Virus record (IMG/VR): IMGVR_UViG_3300048576_000540
Location: 1-38,799 of that record
Length of the DNA: 38,799 nt
Reading direction: 5' to 3' (one strand)
Origin: a virus
Lineage: Duplodnaviria; Caudoviricetes
The position numbers and the translations under genes were made by a program. The notes beneath the pieces are model-generated. The model saw nothing but the letters and a program-made list of their open reading frames with translations. It was not told where the DNA came from and ran no database searches. Positions 8,665-16,916 of this stretch are shown in pieces (the stretch's first letter is position 1; every line of letters begins with the position of its first letter).

Positions 8665-9053
8665 CTTTCAAACAGGACAGATTGCGCGAGGTGGCGACGA
8701 GGTTGTCGGCGTTCCGCGACCTGGCCGCGAAAGCGGGCCGCGCGCAGGACGCGGACGACCTCGCCGTCGCCTCCGCCGCGCTCTGGATCTGCGTCGACAA
8801 CTTCGGCATGGCGTCCAGCGAGCTGCGCCATGCCGAAGATCCTGCCGACGCGGCCCGCGCGCGCTCGTCACTCATCGAGCACATGCGCCCGGTCGGCGAT
8901 CCCGTCAAAGACCAGGAGTGCTGCCCGTATTCAAAAGACGGCCTGTGCAGGGACTGCAAAGTGTTCGCGGGGGCGTTCGAGATCGAAGGATCTCAGCGCC
9001 GCTTCATCTGTATAACGAAATGGGCCAAAGGCCCGTATCAAAAGCAGTTTTGA
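8661..9053 (+). CDS. Hypothetical protein with Cys-rich C-terminus, 130 aa
   Basis: CCPY...CRDC...C; ATGA overlap. Confidence 0.65.
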   Translation: MTFKQDRLREVATRLSAFRDLAAKAGRAQDADDLAVASAALWICVDNFGMASSELRHAEDPADAARARSSLIEHMRPVGDPVKDQECCPYSKDGLCRDCKVFAGAFEIEGSQRRFICITKWAKGPYQKQF

Positions 9054-9072
9054 AAACCAAAGGAAGACGGAT

Positions 9073-9717
9073 ATGGCAAGCGACAAACAGAGGAATCAGT
9101 TTTTCAGAGTGTGGGCGACGGCGCGGGCAGAGATCTGCGAGCGGTACGACCTGTGCGCCCTTGTGAAGGACCAGGAGCGCGAGGCCCGGCACAAGTGGGT
9201 CATGGAATGCACAAAACGGACGGAGAACATCAACGCGGTGCGCCCGGGAAACGAGTTCTCACGGCTGATGCTGCAGACGGCGATCGCTGCGGGAGACTAC
9301 CGCGAGGCGGCCTATTGGGAGATGGACGTGGCCAAGCGGTGGCGCTGGTTTATGGAGAACCTGGTGCGCCAGCTCGGCGAGATCTCTCGCAAGCCGGCCG
9401 CTTGGGAATACGTGCAGGGCATCTTCGCGCACATGCGGTTTCCGCGCTCGTGGCAGGATATTCCCGAGGGCGAGCTGGAGAAAATATGGCAGATGCTCGA
9501 CACGCACCGCCGGCGGCTGCTCAAGCGCGAACATGGCTGGGAAGGGCTGCGCAAGAGCGACCAAGACCCGCTAGGGTTTTTCCCCGAGGCGGAATACTTC
9601 TATGGGGCCGATGGCAAGATTGGAATCAGGTGGCCGGTGGCCGGAGGTCAGAGATCGGAGGTCGGAAGTCGGAATGCGGAGACTGCGGAGGCTGGGAAAG
9701 AAGAGGTGACGGCATGA
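9073..9717 (+). CDS. Hypothetical early protein, 214 aa (GemA/gp16-like by position only)
   Basis: RBS aaaggaagacggatATG, identical to that of the MuB-like gene. Confidence 0.65.
   Translation: MASDKQRNQFFRVWATARAEICERYDLCALVKDQEREARHKWVMECTKRTENINAVRPGNEFSRLMLQTAIAAGDYREAAYWEMDVAKRWRWFMENLVRQLGEISRKPAAWEYVQGIFAHMRFPRSWQDIPEGELEKIWQMLDTHRRRLLKREHGWEGLRKSDQDPLGFFPEAEYFYGADGKIGIRWPVAGGQRSEVGSRNAETAEAGKEEVTA
9629..9677 (+). repeat. Heptamer array, GGAGRYC type
   Basis: ggtggcc ggtggcc ggaggtc agagatc ggaggtc ggaagtc ggaatgc. Confidence 0.8.
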
Positions 9718-10322
9718 TCTACTGCTATTTGAGAGTTTCGACCGACAGCCAAGATGTTGATTCGCAACGCCTCGGAATTCAGGATTTCTGCCGGGCACGC
9801 GGATGGACAGACATGGAGTGGATTTCCGACGAGGGCGTATCCGGGGCAAAAGACCCGTCCAAGCGTTTGTTGGGAAAACTCCTGAAAAAAGCCCGTTCTG
9901 GCGATTGCGTTATCGCATCCGAGATCAGCCGCATCGGGCGAAAACTGGACATGATTCTCAATGTCATTAAAGACTGCACGGAGCGGGGAATAAAACTCTA
10001 TACGGTCAAAGACCGCTATGTTCTTGAGGACACGATACAGAGCAAGGTCCTCGTGACAGTCATGGGCCTTGCGGCCGAGATCGAGCGTGATTTGCTGAGA
10101 CAGCGAACAAAAGAGGGACTGCGACGCGCCGTGGAACGCGGGGTAACGCTGGGGCGTCCGGTTGGCCGCAAATCTTCTGAAACGAAGCTTTCCCGCAAGA
10201 GCGCCGATGTCGACCGGCTGATCGGGAAAGGGCTGACGAAGTGCGCGGCGGCCAAAAAACTTAATGTGCACCGCATCACATTCGCGAAATACCTCGCCGA
10301 ACGGGGGCTCAAATGGGCATAG
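9714..10322 (+). CDS. Small serine recombinase (resolvase/invertase) with C-terminal HTH, 202 aa
   Basis: YLRVST catalytic motif, SEISRIGR, AEIERDLLRQRTKEGL, GRP and HTH. Confidence 0.92.
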   Translation: MIYCYLRVSTDSQDVDSQRLGIQDFCRARGWTDMEWISDEGVSGAKDPSKRLLGKLLKKARSGDCVIASEISRIGRKLDMILNVIKDCTERGIKLYTVKDRYVLEDTIQSKVLVTVMGLAAEIERDLLRQRTKEGLRRAVERGVTLGRPVGRKSSETKLSRKSADVDRLIGKGLTKCAAAKKLNVHRITFAKYLAERGLKWA

Positions 10323-10528
10323 ATCCATGCGTCTTTTTCGGAGCGTCTCCTGCGGAGTTGCTGGATCCGATTCTATTTGCGATCGGAATCAAAATGATCG
10401 ATATGGAAAAACTGGAACGCTTTGTAAACCCCAATAAGGGAGAAAGCATCAGAGATGCGACTCTTAGAAAATTCGGACAGACGGGGGTAGATGTTGTGCT
10501 GTCAAACCTTGGAAAGGAGCTGCTGTGA
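10313..10528 (+). CDS. Hypothetical protein, 71 aa
   Basis: Overlaps both neighbours; low GC. Confidence 0.55.
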   Translation: MGIDPCVFFGASPAELLDPILFAIGIKMIDMEKLERFVNPNKGESIRDATLRKFGQTGVDVVLSNLGKELL

Positions 10529-11202
10529 CACCCGAACAAGAGAAGGCGATCGACAAGATCAAGAAGCTGCTGCGCCTGGGGCGCGGGACGAACCATGACG
10601 GGGAGCGCGACGCGGCGCTCGCCAAGGCCGCCGAGATCGCGGCCGGTGCCGGGCTTGACATCGGCGGAATCGACGCGGGCGACGGTGAGCGAAAGATTGC
10701 GAGGGAGGACGTCAGCCTCGCCCGCCGCTCGTATGCCCGGATCTGCGTACACAACATCCTGCGCCGTCATTTTGGCGTGTTCGTCGTGGGCGGGGGCGGC
10801 GGGCTGACTTATTTCGGTCCGGCCGTTAACATCGCGATCGCCAAGCACGTCGAAGTCTACCTGCTGCGCGAGGCCGCGCGGGGTTGGGCGGAATATCGCG
10901 ACGCGAACAGACTGCGCAGGCGCGGCTTGGGAGCGCGGCGCAAGGTGTGGGAGCGGGGCTTTTTCGGATCCGTCGCGGAAGCCCTCGAAGCGAGGCCGCT
11001 GCGCAACGACGCCGAGGCGCTGCGGCAGGAGGTCGAGCGGTACGCTTTTTCGGTGATGCGCATCCGCATCGCAAGCTCCGAATCCCCTCGCTCCGGTCGC
11101 ACCGCCGACATTTTGGCGGGCATGAACGCCGGCGACAAGGTCAACCTGTCGCGTCCGGTCGAGACGGCCGCGCAGACGCGGCAGATCGGGGGCCTCGCAT
11201 GA
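10525..11202 (+). CDS. DUF2786 domain protein
   Basis: IDKIKKLLRLG...GERDAALAKAAEI N-terminal signature. Confidence 0.8.
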   Translation: MTPEQEKAIDKIKKLLRLGRGTNHDGERDAALAKAAEIAAGAGLDIGGIDAGDGERKIAREDVSLARRSYARICVHNILRRHFGVFVVGGGGGLTYFGPAVNIAIAKHVEVYLLREAARGWAEYRDANRLRRRGLGARRKVWERGFFGSVAEALEARPLRNDAEALRQEVERYAFSVMRIRIASSESPRSGRTADILAGMNAGDKVNLSRPVETAAQTRQIGGLA

Positions 11203-11639
11203 TCAACACCGGGACATGTTCTTTAACCGGCTATCCCATGGCGATTTTTTCGCCGGAAGAGCAGACCGCCGCGCTGGCGGTGAACGGCTTGGCAATAGAA
11301 TGGCTTGAGAAGATGGAGCGCGACGCGACGAAGGAATTGGGAAAACTCCGAAAAGACATCCGGCTGCGCAAGCGGTGCCAGAAATATTATCGCAAGAACA
11401 ATCCCATGCTCTCCAGTTTGGTCGAACATCAGAGCCGCGTGCTGCGGCCGGATTACGTCGAGGTCGTGCGCAGCGGCGTCGTGGCGTTTCCCGTCTGCCG
11501 CATGTTCACAAAGAACGGCCCGGTAAACGAGCCGCGCGAGACCTATCCGGAAACGCCGCCGGGATACGGTTCTGAAATCATATCCGAGGGAACGCCAGAC
11601 AAGAATCCGGTTGACAACTCCCCCGGTGAGACGGTATAG
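11199..11639 (+). CDS. Hypothetical protein, 146 aa (last early gene)
   Basis: ATGA overlap; C-terminal part of ORF 10884..11639. Confidence 0.6.
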   Translation: MINTGTCSLTGYPMAIFSPEEQTAALAVNGLAIEWLEKMERDATKELGKLRKDIRLRKRCQKYYRKNNPMLSSLVEHQSRVLRPDYVEVVRSGVVAFPVCRMFTKNGPVNEPRETYPETPPGYGSEIISEGTPDKNPVDNSPGETV

Positions 11640-11640
11640 C
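11611..11640 (+). promoter_or_regulatory. Putative sigma70 promoter
   Basis: TTGACA-18 nt-TATAGC. Confidence 0.4.
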
Positions 11641-11671
11641 CGCACCGATTGTTTGACATGTTTATTTGTCC

Positions 11672-11702
11672 GCCCGGCCGTTGACGCGACCGGGCTTTTT
11701 TT
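11672..11702 (+). terminator. Rho-independent terminator ending the early operon
   Basis: GCCCGG...CCGGGC stem followed by T7. Confidence 0.85.
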
Positions 11703-11988
11703 GTTCCCCAATCTCCCCCCGCGCCATATATCCGAACCCGCGTCCGCGCCATAATGCCGCCATCGAAAGAATGATCCTCCGATCTCTGAGAAAGGAGGCC
11801 GTTATGCAACCGGCGGGGAAAGCCCGCCACAGACGGAAGGCGGCGACATGCGGACGCAACAATCTGATTCGGAATTAAAACAACGCAACGCCAAAGGGTC
11901 TTGCGGCTGCGCGGGCCAAAACCACACACGGCCCGCGCATGACCCCGGGAGGTTTCCGTCTTCCCTCCCGCGCCGCACCTTTTCCGTA

Positions 11989-12432
11989 ATGCACATGGCC
12001 GCGACGGCGGCCGTACTACTGTCGGCCCTGCCCGCCGCCGCCGGCGACGGCGGGCAGGCGACGACGTTCTTCGACGTTCCGGCGGGCGGGGTTCTGGCGT
12101 CGCTCGTCACGGCGGTCGTGTCGGTGCTGGGGACGTGGGCCGCGATGCGCGGCAGCGCCCAGCGCCAGCGGCAGCGTCAGACCACGAAAATCGAGGATCA
12201 GCCGATCAAGGTGGAAACCGTTCCCGGACATCCGGACGACGGCATCTGCTATGAGAAGCACCGGTCGCTGACCGAAAAGCTGGAGTTGAACGAGGCGGCG
12301 CATTCCGAAATTTTCCTGCGCCTGCGCACCTTGGAAAAAGCATCCTCGGCCACCGAGGCGCAGCTCGGCCTGATCGCTTCCGACGTACGCGACATCAAGA
12401 ACATGCTTATGAAAGGGGGAGCGAAAAAATGA
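11989..12432 (+). CDS. TM plus coiled-coil protein, Mu gp25-like by position (start uncertain)
   Basis: Hydrophobic segments then a coiled coil; first late gene, before gp26/gp27-like genes. Confidence 0.6.
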   Translation: MHMAATAAVLLSALPAAAGDGGQATTFFDVPAGGVLASLVTAVVSVLGTWAAMRGSAQRQRQRQTTKIEDQPIKVETVPGHPDDGICYEKHRSLTEKLELNEAAHSEIFLRLRTLEKASSATEAQLGLIASDVRDIKNMLMKGGAKK

Positions 12433-12677
12433 CGCCCGACCCGAAACTCTGCAGGGCGGCCCTGTCCGTTTCCAAGCGCATGCCCTTCGGCATCGCCGAG
12501 TCGGATCTACTGGCCGAGTCCGAAACCGCATACGGGAAGCCGATAACGACGGCGGCCGGAACCGACGCGCTCGCCTTTTGCGTGGAAAAGAACTGGCTCG
12601 TTTCGCGCCGCGACGATTTCGCGGTCACGCGCTATTACATCACCGAGCGCGGGAAGGTTCAGCTCGAATCGATGTGA
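12429..12677 (+). CDS. Mu gp26-like winged-helix protein, 82 aa
   Basis: C-terminal YYITERG; synteny. Confidence 0.6.
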   Translation: MTPDPKLCRAALSVSKRMPFGIAESDLLAESETAYGKPITTAAGTDALAFCVEKNWLVSRRDDFAVTRYYITERGKVQLESM

Positions 12678-12703
12678 ACATTTAACGCCCGATCCTCAAC
12701 GCC

Positions 12704-13297
12704 ATGCCGAGAAAACCCTACAACCTGAAACCGATGGCCAACTCCTGGGACGCCGCTCTCACGGACCCGCAGCGTTGGGCCATATACGCGAAGTTCGTCG
12801 AGTTCCGAAGCGACTGGACGCAGGTCGCCGGATGGGTGCGCGGGGAATATGGCATCAAAGAGCCCTCGCGCTCGGGCCTCTACCGGTTCGCTGACCGGAT
12901 GCGCAGGCTGGAAAGCGCGCACCGTCTGGAGCAGGCGATCATCGCGCGGTCAGAAGCCGGCGAACTGGCCAGGAGCGCCGGACAGACGGACGCGGATCTG
13001 GTGGCAGCCTACGAGACGCTGGCCGCCGACGCGGCGCTCGGGATGGGCGACGCGAAAAAGGCCGGGCTCTACACGAAAATGGCGATGGCGATCGGAGATA
13101 AGATCGCGGAGCGCGAAAAGCTGCGCCTCAAAGAGCGTCAGGTTGCGGTCGCCGAGCGCTCCGTGCAAGAGCGCGTGAAGAGCGAACGCGAAAAGGCCGT
13201 TGACGGTCTGATGGATCTGGCCAAAGGAAACGACGCCGCAACGGCATTGCTGCGTCAATTTCTTGAGACTCTCGACAAAGGGCAAAAGGCATCGTGA
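12704..13297 (+). CDS. Mu gp27/DUF3486-like protein (putative small terminase)
   Basis: HTH-like WVRGEYGIKEPSRSGLYRF plus coiled coil; directly upstream of TerL. Confidence 0.65.
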   Translation: MPRKPYNLKPMANSWDAALTDPQRWAIYAKFVEFRSDWTQVAGWVRGEYGIKEPSRSGLYRFADRMRRLESAHRLEQAIIARSEAGELARSAGQTDADLVAAYETLAADAALGMGDAKKAGLYTKMAMAIGDKIAEREKLRLKERQVAVAERSVQERVKSEREKAVDGLMDLAKGNDAATALLRQFLETLDKGQKAS

Positions 13298-15318
13298 AGC
13301 AGCGGACATCCATAATCGACAGAATACGCGTAGCGGCCGCGCCCGCCGAAGCGCCCTGCGACGCTCCCGCCGTGTCGTCTTTCCGCCAGTTCCAGCGCGA
13401 GCACGGGCGCGTCAAGGTCGGATCGGGATATCAGGCTTACGACATGCAGGGCCGCCCGGCTCTCATCCTCGCCACGCAATGGCTCGACGAGATTCTCGCC
13501 TCGGGACGACAGGACTGCCGCATCAAGATCAAAGGCGGGGCGCAATGGGGAAAGACCGTCTGGGCCGTGAACCTGATGGCCTATCTGCTCGGCTGCCGCT
13601 TCATGGGCTGCGGCTACTACCTTCCGGACAACGATCTGGTGAGCGGCATCGTGGACACCAAGTTCCGCCCTGACGTGATTGACCAAATCCCCTGGTTCGC
13701 CCGGATGCTGCAGATCGGCAAGACAGTCAACAAGTCCGGCAAAAGCGTCAACCGCAAGGGCGCGGTGATGTGCACAGACGGCAAGCGCGTGTCGCTCGGC
13801 TACTTCCTCGGCATGTCCCGCGTCCCGACATCCTACACCCACGACGTGCAGATCGTCGACGAGCGCGATGACGTGCCCGAAAAGACCGAGAAGTTTCTGG
13901 ACGGCCGACTCACGTCGTCCGACGTCCGGCTGCGCATCGACATCGGCACGGCCCGTTACGACGCGGCGGGAATGGCAAAGGAGTTCGAGGATGGCACCCA
14001 GCATTGCGCGTTCATCCAGTGCGACGGCATCGGCTGCATGGCCGACATATCTCCGGAAGACGAGTGGCCCCACATCGTCCGCCTGCAGAGGGGAACGGAG
14101 CCGCAGCCGAGCGACCCCATGCTGACATTGGCCGGTGATTTCAAGGCTAACGGCGAGACCGGCGAAACAGTCGCCACACATGCGCCCAATAACATCTATT
14201 ACTTCGCCTGCCCTAAATGCGGCGCGGCGCTCAACCGCAACGCGGTCCAGTTCAAGGCCCGTCGCCCCGAGATGGAAGCCGCCGGAAAATACTCGATCGA
14301 AGTCTCCCAGATCTCCACGCCGGCGATCCAGCTCACGCAGATCGTGGCCGCGTGGGCCTCCGCCGTGCAGGACCCGGACAAAATGATCGCGTTCCGGTGC
14401 GACCGCTGGGCGCGTCCGAAGTCCGCCACGCAAGGCGTTGACTCCGCCGTGATCCAGCGCAGCGAGCAGGATTACGCGCTCTCCGTTGTTCCACACGGAA
14501 CGCCGCGTTTCGGCGGCGTGGACACCGGCGACCGCTTCTGGTTCTTCGCCCGCGAGGTCGAAAGCCCGCTGAACAAGCGCGTCGCCTGGGCGGAGCAGAT
14601 CAGCCCGACGCACGCGCAGGAGCGTATACCCCAGCTCTTCGCGGCCTGCGGCCTGAGCTGCCTGTTCATTGACATCGGTAACGAGCGAGAGCTAGCCCGC
14701 CGCATCGTGATGGCAATCAATGGTCTTCTGACCGCTCCGCCTGTCCGCGAGGATCGCCGCAAGGGCCGCATTGATTTCGGTCACGGCCTGTCATGGAACG
14801 GGGAGACCGGCGAATGGCGCGGCCTCAAGGCCGCCTGCGTCGAGTTTTCCGGAAAGCCCGGCAGCGGAATCGTCCACGAGCTGCGCACCACGCAAGAGGG
14901 CATGGCTTTCCCCGTTATCCGCGCCAACCGCGACGAGACCATCCAGCGCGCCATCGATGAGCTGCTGACCTATGACGACGGTCTCCTGCAGGTCATGGAC
15001 GGCAAGATCCGCACCGAGCCCGCGATGCACATGCCCAGTTCCAAGCCCGGCTGCTCCGCCGCGGTCGAGACCGTCGGAAAGCACATCATCAGCGGCTCGC
15101 GCAAGGTCGCCGGCAGCGACGGGAAAACCCTTTCCTTCATCGACAAAGTCGAGAACCACTATCTCTTGGCCGACGCCTACAGCGCGCTTTCCGAAACGGT
15201 GGCCTTCGGAATAGCCGCTCCGCCCTGCCATGCCGAAGCCGTTGACGCATTGACAGGCAGCGAAGGCGGGTACGAAGGCGAAGATTCTGCGGCGCGCACA
15301 AGGGGAATGTTCCAATGA
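13294..15318 (+). CDS. terL: Terminase large subunit, lambda GpA-type motifs, 674 aa
   Basis: KGGAQWGKT Walker A, IVDERD Walker B, YYFACPKCG, nuclease GGVDTG and NHYLLAD. Confidence 0.85.
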   Translation: MKQRTSIIDRIRVAAAPAEAPCDAPAVSSFRQFQREHGRVKVGSGYQAYDMQGRPALILATQWLDEILASGRQDCRIKIKGGAQWGKTVWAVNLMAYLLGCRFMGCGYYLPDNDLVSGIVDTKFRPDVIDQIPWFARMLQIGKTVNKSGKSVNRKGAVMCTDGKRVSLGYFLGMSRVPTSYTHDVQIVDERDDVPEKTEKFLDGRLTSSDVRLRIDIGTARYDAAGMAKEFEDGTQHCAFIQCDGIGCMADISPEDEWPHIVRLQRGTEPQPSDPMLTLAGDFKANGETGETVATHAPNNIYYFACPKCGAALNRNAVQFKARRPEMEAAGKYSIEVSQISTPAIQLTQIVAAWASAVQDPDKMIAFRCDRWARPKSATQGVDSAVIQRSEQDYALSVVPHGTPRFGGVDTGDRFWFFAREVESPLNKRVAWAEQISPTHAQERIPQLFAACGLSCLFIDIGNERELARRIVMAINGLLTAPPVREDRRKGRIDFGHGLSWNGETGEWRGLKAACVEFSGKPGSGIVHELRTTQEGMAFPVIRANRDETIQRAIDELLTYDDGLLQVMDGKIRTEPAMHMPSSKPGCSAAVETVGKHIISGSRKVAGSDGKTLSFIDKVENHYLLADAYSALSETVAFGIAAPPCHAEAVDALTGSEGGYEGEDSAARTRGMFQ

Positions 15319-16916
15319 AAGCGAAGTCGACAAAGAAAGCTGCGATTTCCAAGCGCACGCAGCAGGTGGAGACGGGGCGTGTGACGGCCGAGAACCGCAT
15401 GCGGTTCAACCCGCTGCAGGGCATCACGCCGTCGCGGTTCGTGCGCGCCCTGGATGAATACGACGCCGGGCGTGTGTCCGATCTCTGCCGCATCATCGAG
15501 GCGTATGAGCAGCGCGACGACGCTTTCCGCACCAATTCGCGCAAGACCTATGCCAGCGTGGCGCGCTGCCAACACAGCATCAACATCGTCGAGGGGTTTG
15601 AGGGAGAGCCCGACGCCCAGGCGCACAAGGATTTCCTTGAAAAGTTCTGGGCGACGATCCGCGTCACTTCCGCTTTCAACCGCAATGAGACCGGCGGGCT
15701 TCGGCTGCTGAAGAGGCAAATGGCGCGGTCGATCTGCTTCGGGCACGCGGTGCATGAGATCACCTGGGCACCTGCAGCGGACGGCTCGCTGCGCGCCTCG
15801 TTTACGGCGCTGCCGCCCTGGATGGTCGAAACGACCACCGGAGAGACGCGCTGGCTCCCGCAGCCGTCGGCGTTGGACGGCACGGACATGGAGCCGGGCG
15901 GCTGGCTGGTGACGACCGGAGACGGGATCGGGATCGCGGCGGCGATCTGCGCGATGAGCAAGCGGCTTTCGATCAACGACTGGCTCGCGTTCTGCGAGCG
16001 CTGCGGACAGCCCGGCATCCACGCCAAAACCGATGCGACCATTGATTCGCCCGAATGGAAGAACCTCGTCAAGACGGTCGGGTCCTTCGGCCGAAACTGG
16101 GCGGCCGTTACGGGCAAGGGCACGGACATGGCCGCGCTGGCGCTCAACACCACGGCCGCGCCGTGGCCCATGCTGGTGGATCTCTGCAACCGCGCGATCG
16201 CGTCGCTCTGGCGCGGCGGAGACCTCGCGACGGTTTCGGCCGTGTCCGACACGCCGGGAGTGACCTCGCAAAAGGATGAAAAGAACATCCTGGAGGAAGA
16301 TTTCTGCGAGGCGATTTCCGAAACGCTGCACGAGCAGGTCACGCGCTATGCGATCGAATGGCGGTTCGGGGATGTCGAGCCCCTCGCCTATCTGTCCGTG
16401 CAGCCGACGACCCGTCCGAACACGGATGCGGACATCAAGATTGACGATCACCTGACCGATCACGGCGTGGAGCTTTCAGGACAGGACGCGCTCAACCGCT
16501 ATGGACGGTCCAAGTTTGACCCGTCGAACAAAGAGGATTTTCCGCTTAAAAAGGCATCCGGACCGATTTCCGGCCTTGCAAATGAGGCGCATAACCATGG
16601 CCGCGTTGAAAAGCCGTTGAAACTCGCGCCTGAACGTTTCAAAGGTTCTGCGGCGACGGAGATGGCCCCCGGAGCGCACCCCCTCAAAAACGCGTCCTAC
16701 GGGGCTTTTGCGAAGGACATGGAAAAGTGGCGCGGAGAGGTTTCGGGACTGCTCAAGCTGCCGCCCGCCGAACGGCCTGCGGCGGCCAAGGCTCTGGCGG
16801 ACCGCGTGGCGGCGGATCCCGCGGCCGCCCCGGCCCTCAAACAGGCGATGGCCGACTGGCTGGCCACGGCATACGCGGATGCCGCCAACAAGACCGCGCA
16901 GGAGCAAACGACATGA
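15315..16916 (+). CDS. Portal protein, DUF935/Mu gp29 family
   Basis: GHAVHEITW and WLAFCERCGQP signatures; follows TerL. Confidence 0.88.
   Translation: MKAKSTKKAAISKRTQQVETGRVTAENRMRFNPLQGITPSRFVRALDEYDAGRVSDLCRIIEAYEQRDDAFRTNSRKTYASVARCQHSINIVEGFEGEPDAQAHKDFLEKFWATIRVTSAFNRNETGGLRLLKRQMARSICFGHAVHEITWAPAADGSLRASFTALPPWMVETTTGETRWLPQPSALDGTDMEPGGWLVTTGDGIGIAAAICAMSKRLSINDWLAFCERCGQPGIHAKTDATIDSPEWKNLVKTVGSFGRNWAAVTGKGTDMAALALNTTAAPWPMLVDLCNRAIASLWRGGDLATVSAVSDTPGVTSQKDEKNILEEDFCEAISETLHEQVTRYAIEWRFGDVEPLAYLSVQPTTRPNTDADIKIDDHLTDHGVELSGQDALNRYGRSKFDPSNKEDFPLKKASGPISGLANEAHNHGRVEKPLKLAPERFKGSAATEMAPGAHPLKNASYGAFAKDMEKWRGEVSGLLKLPPAERPAAAKALADRVAADPAAAPALKQAMADWLATAYADAANKTAQEQTT

Noticed and set aside
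9111-9713. N-terminal extension of the serine recombinase
   Set aside because: Overlaps gene 9073..9717; the catalytic domain starts at ATG 9714 with ATGA coupling
11755-11860. Known riboswitch (c-di-GMP-I, SAM-I), tRNA or 6S RNA
   Set aside because: GAAA loops are present but the family consensus nucleotides were not found; kept only as an unassigned structure
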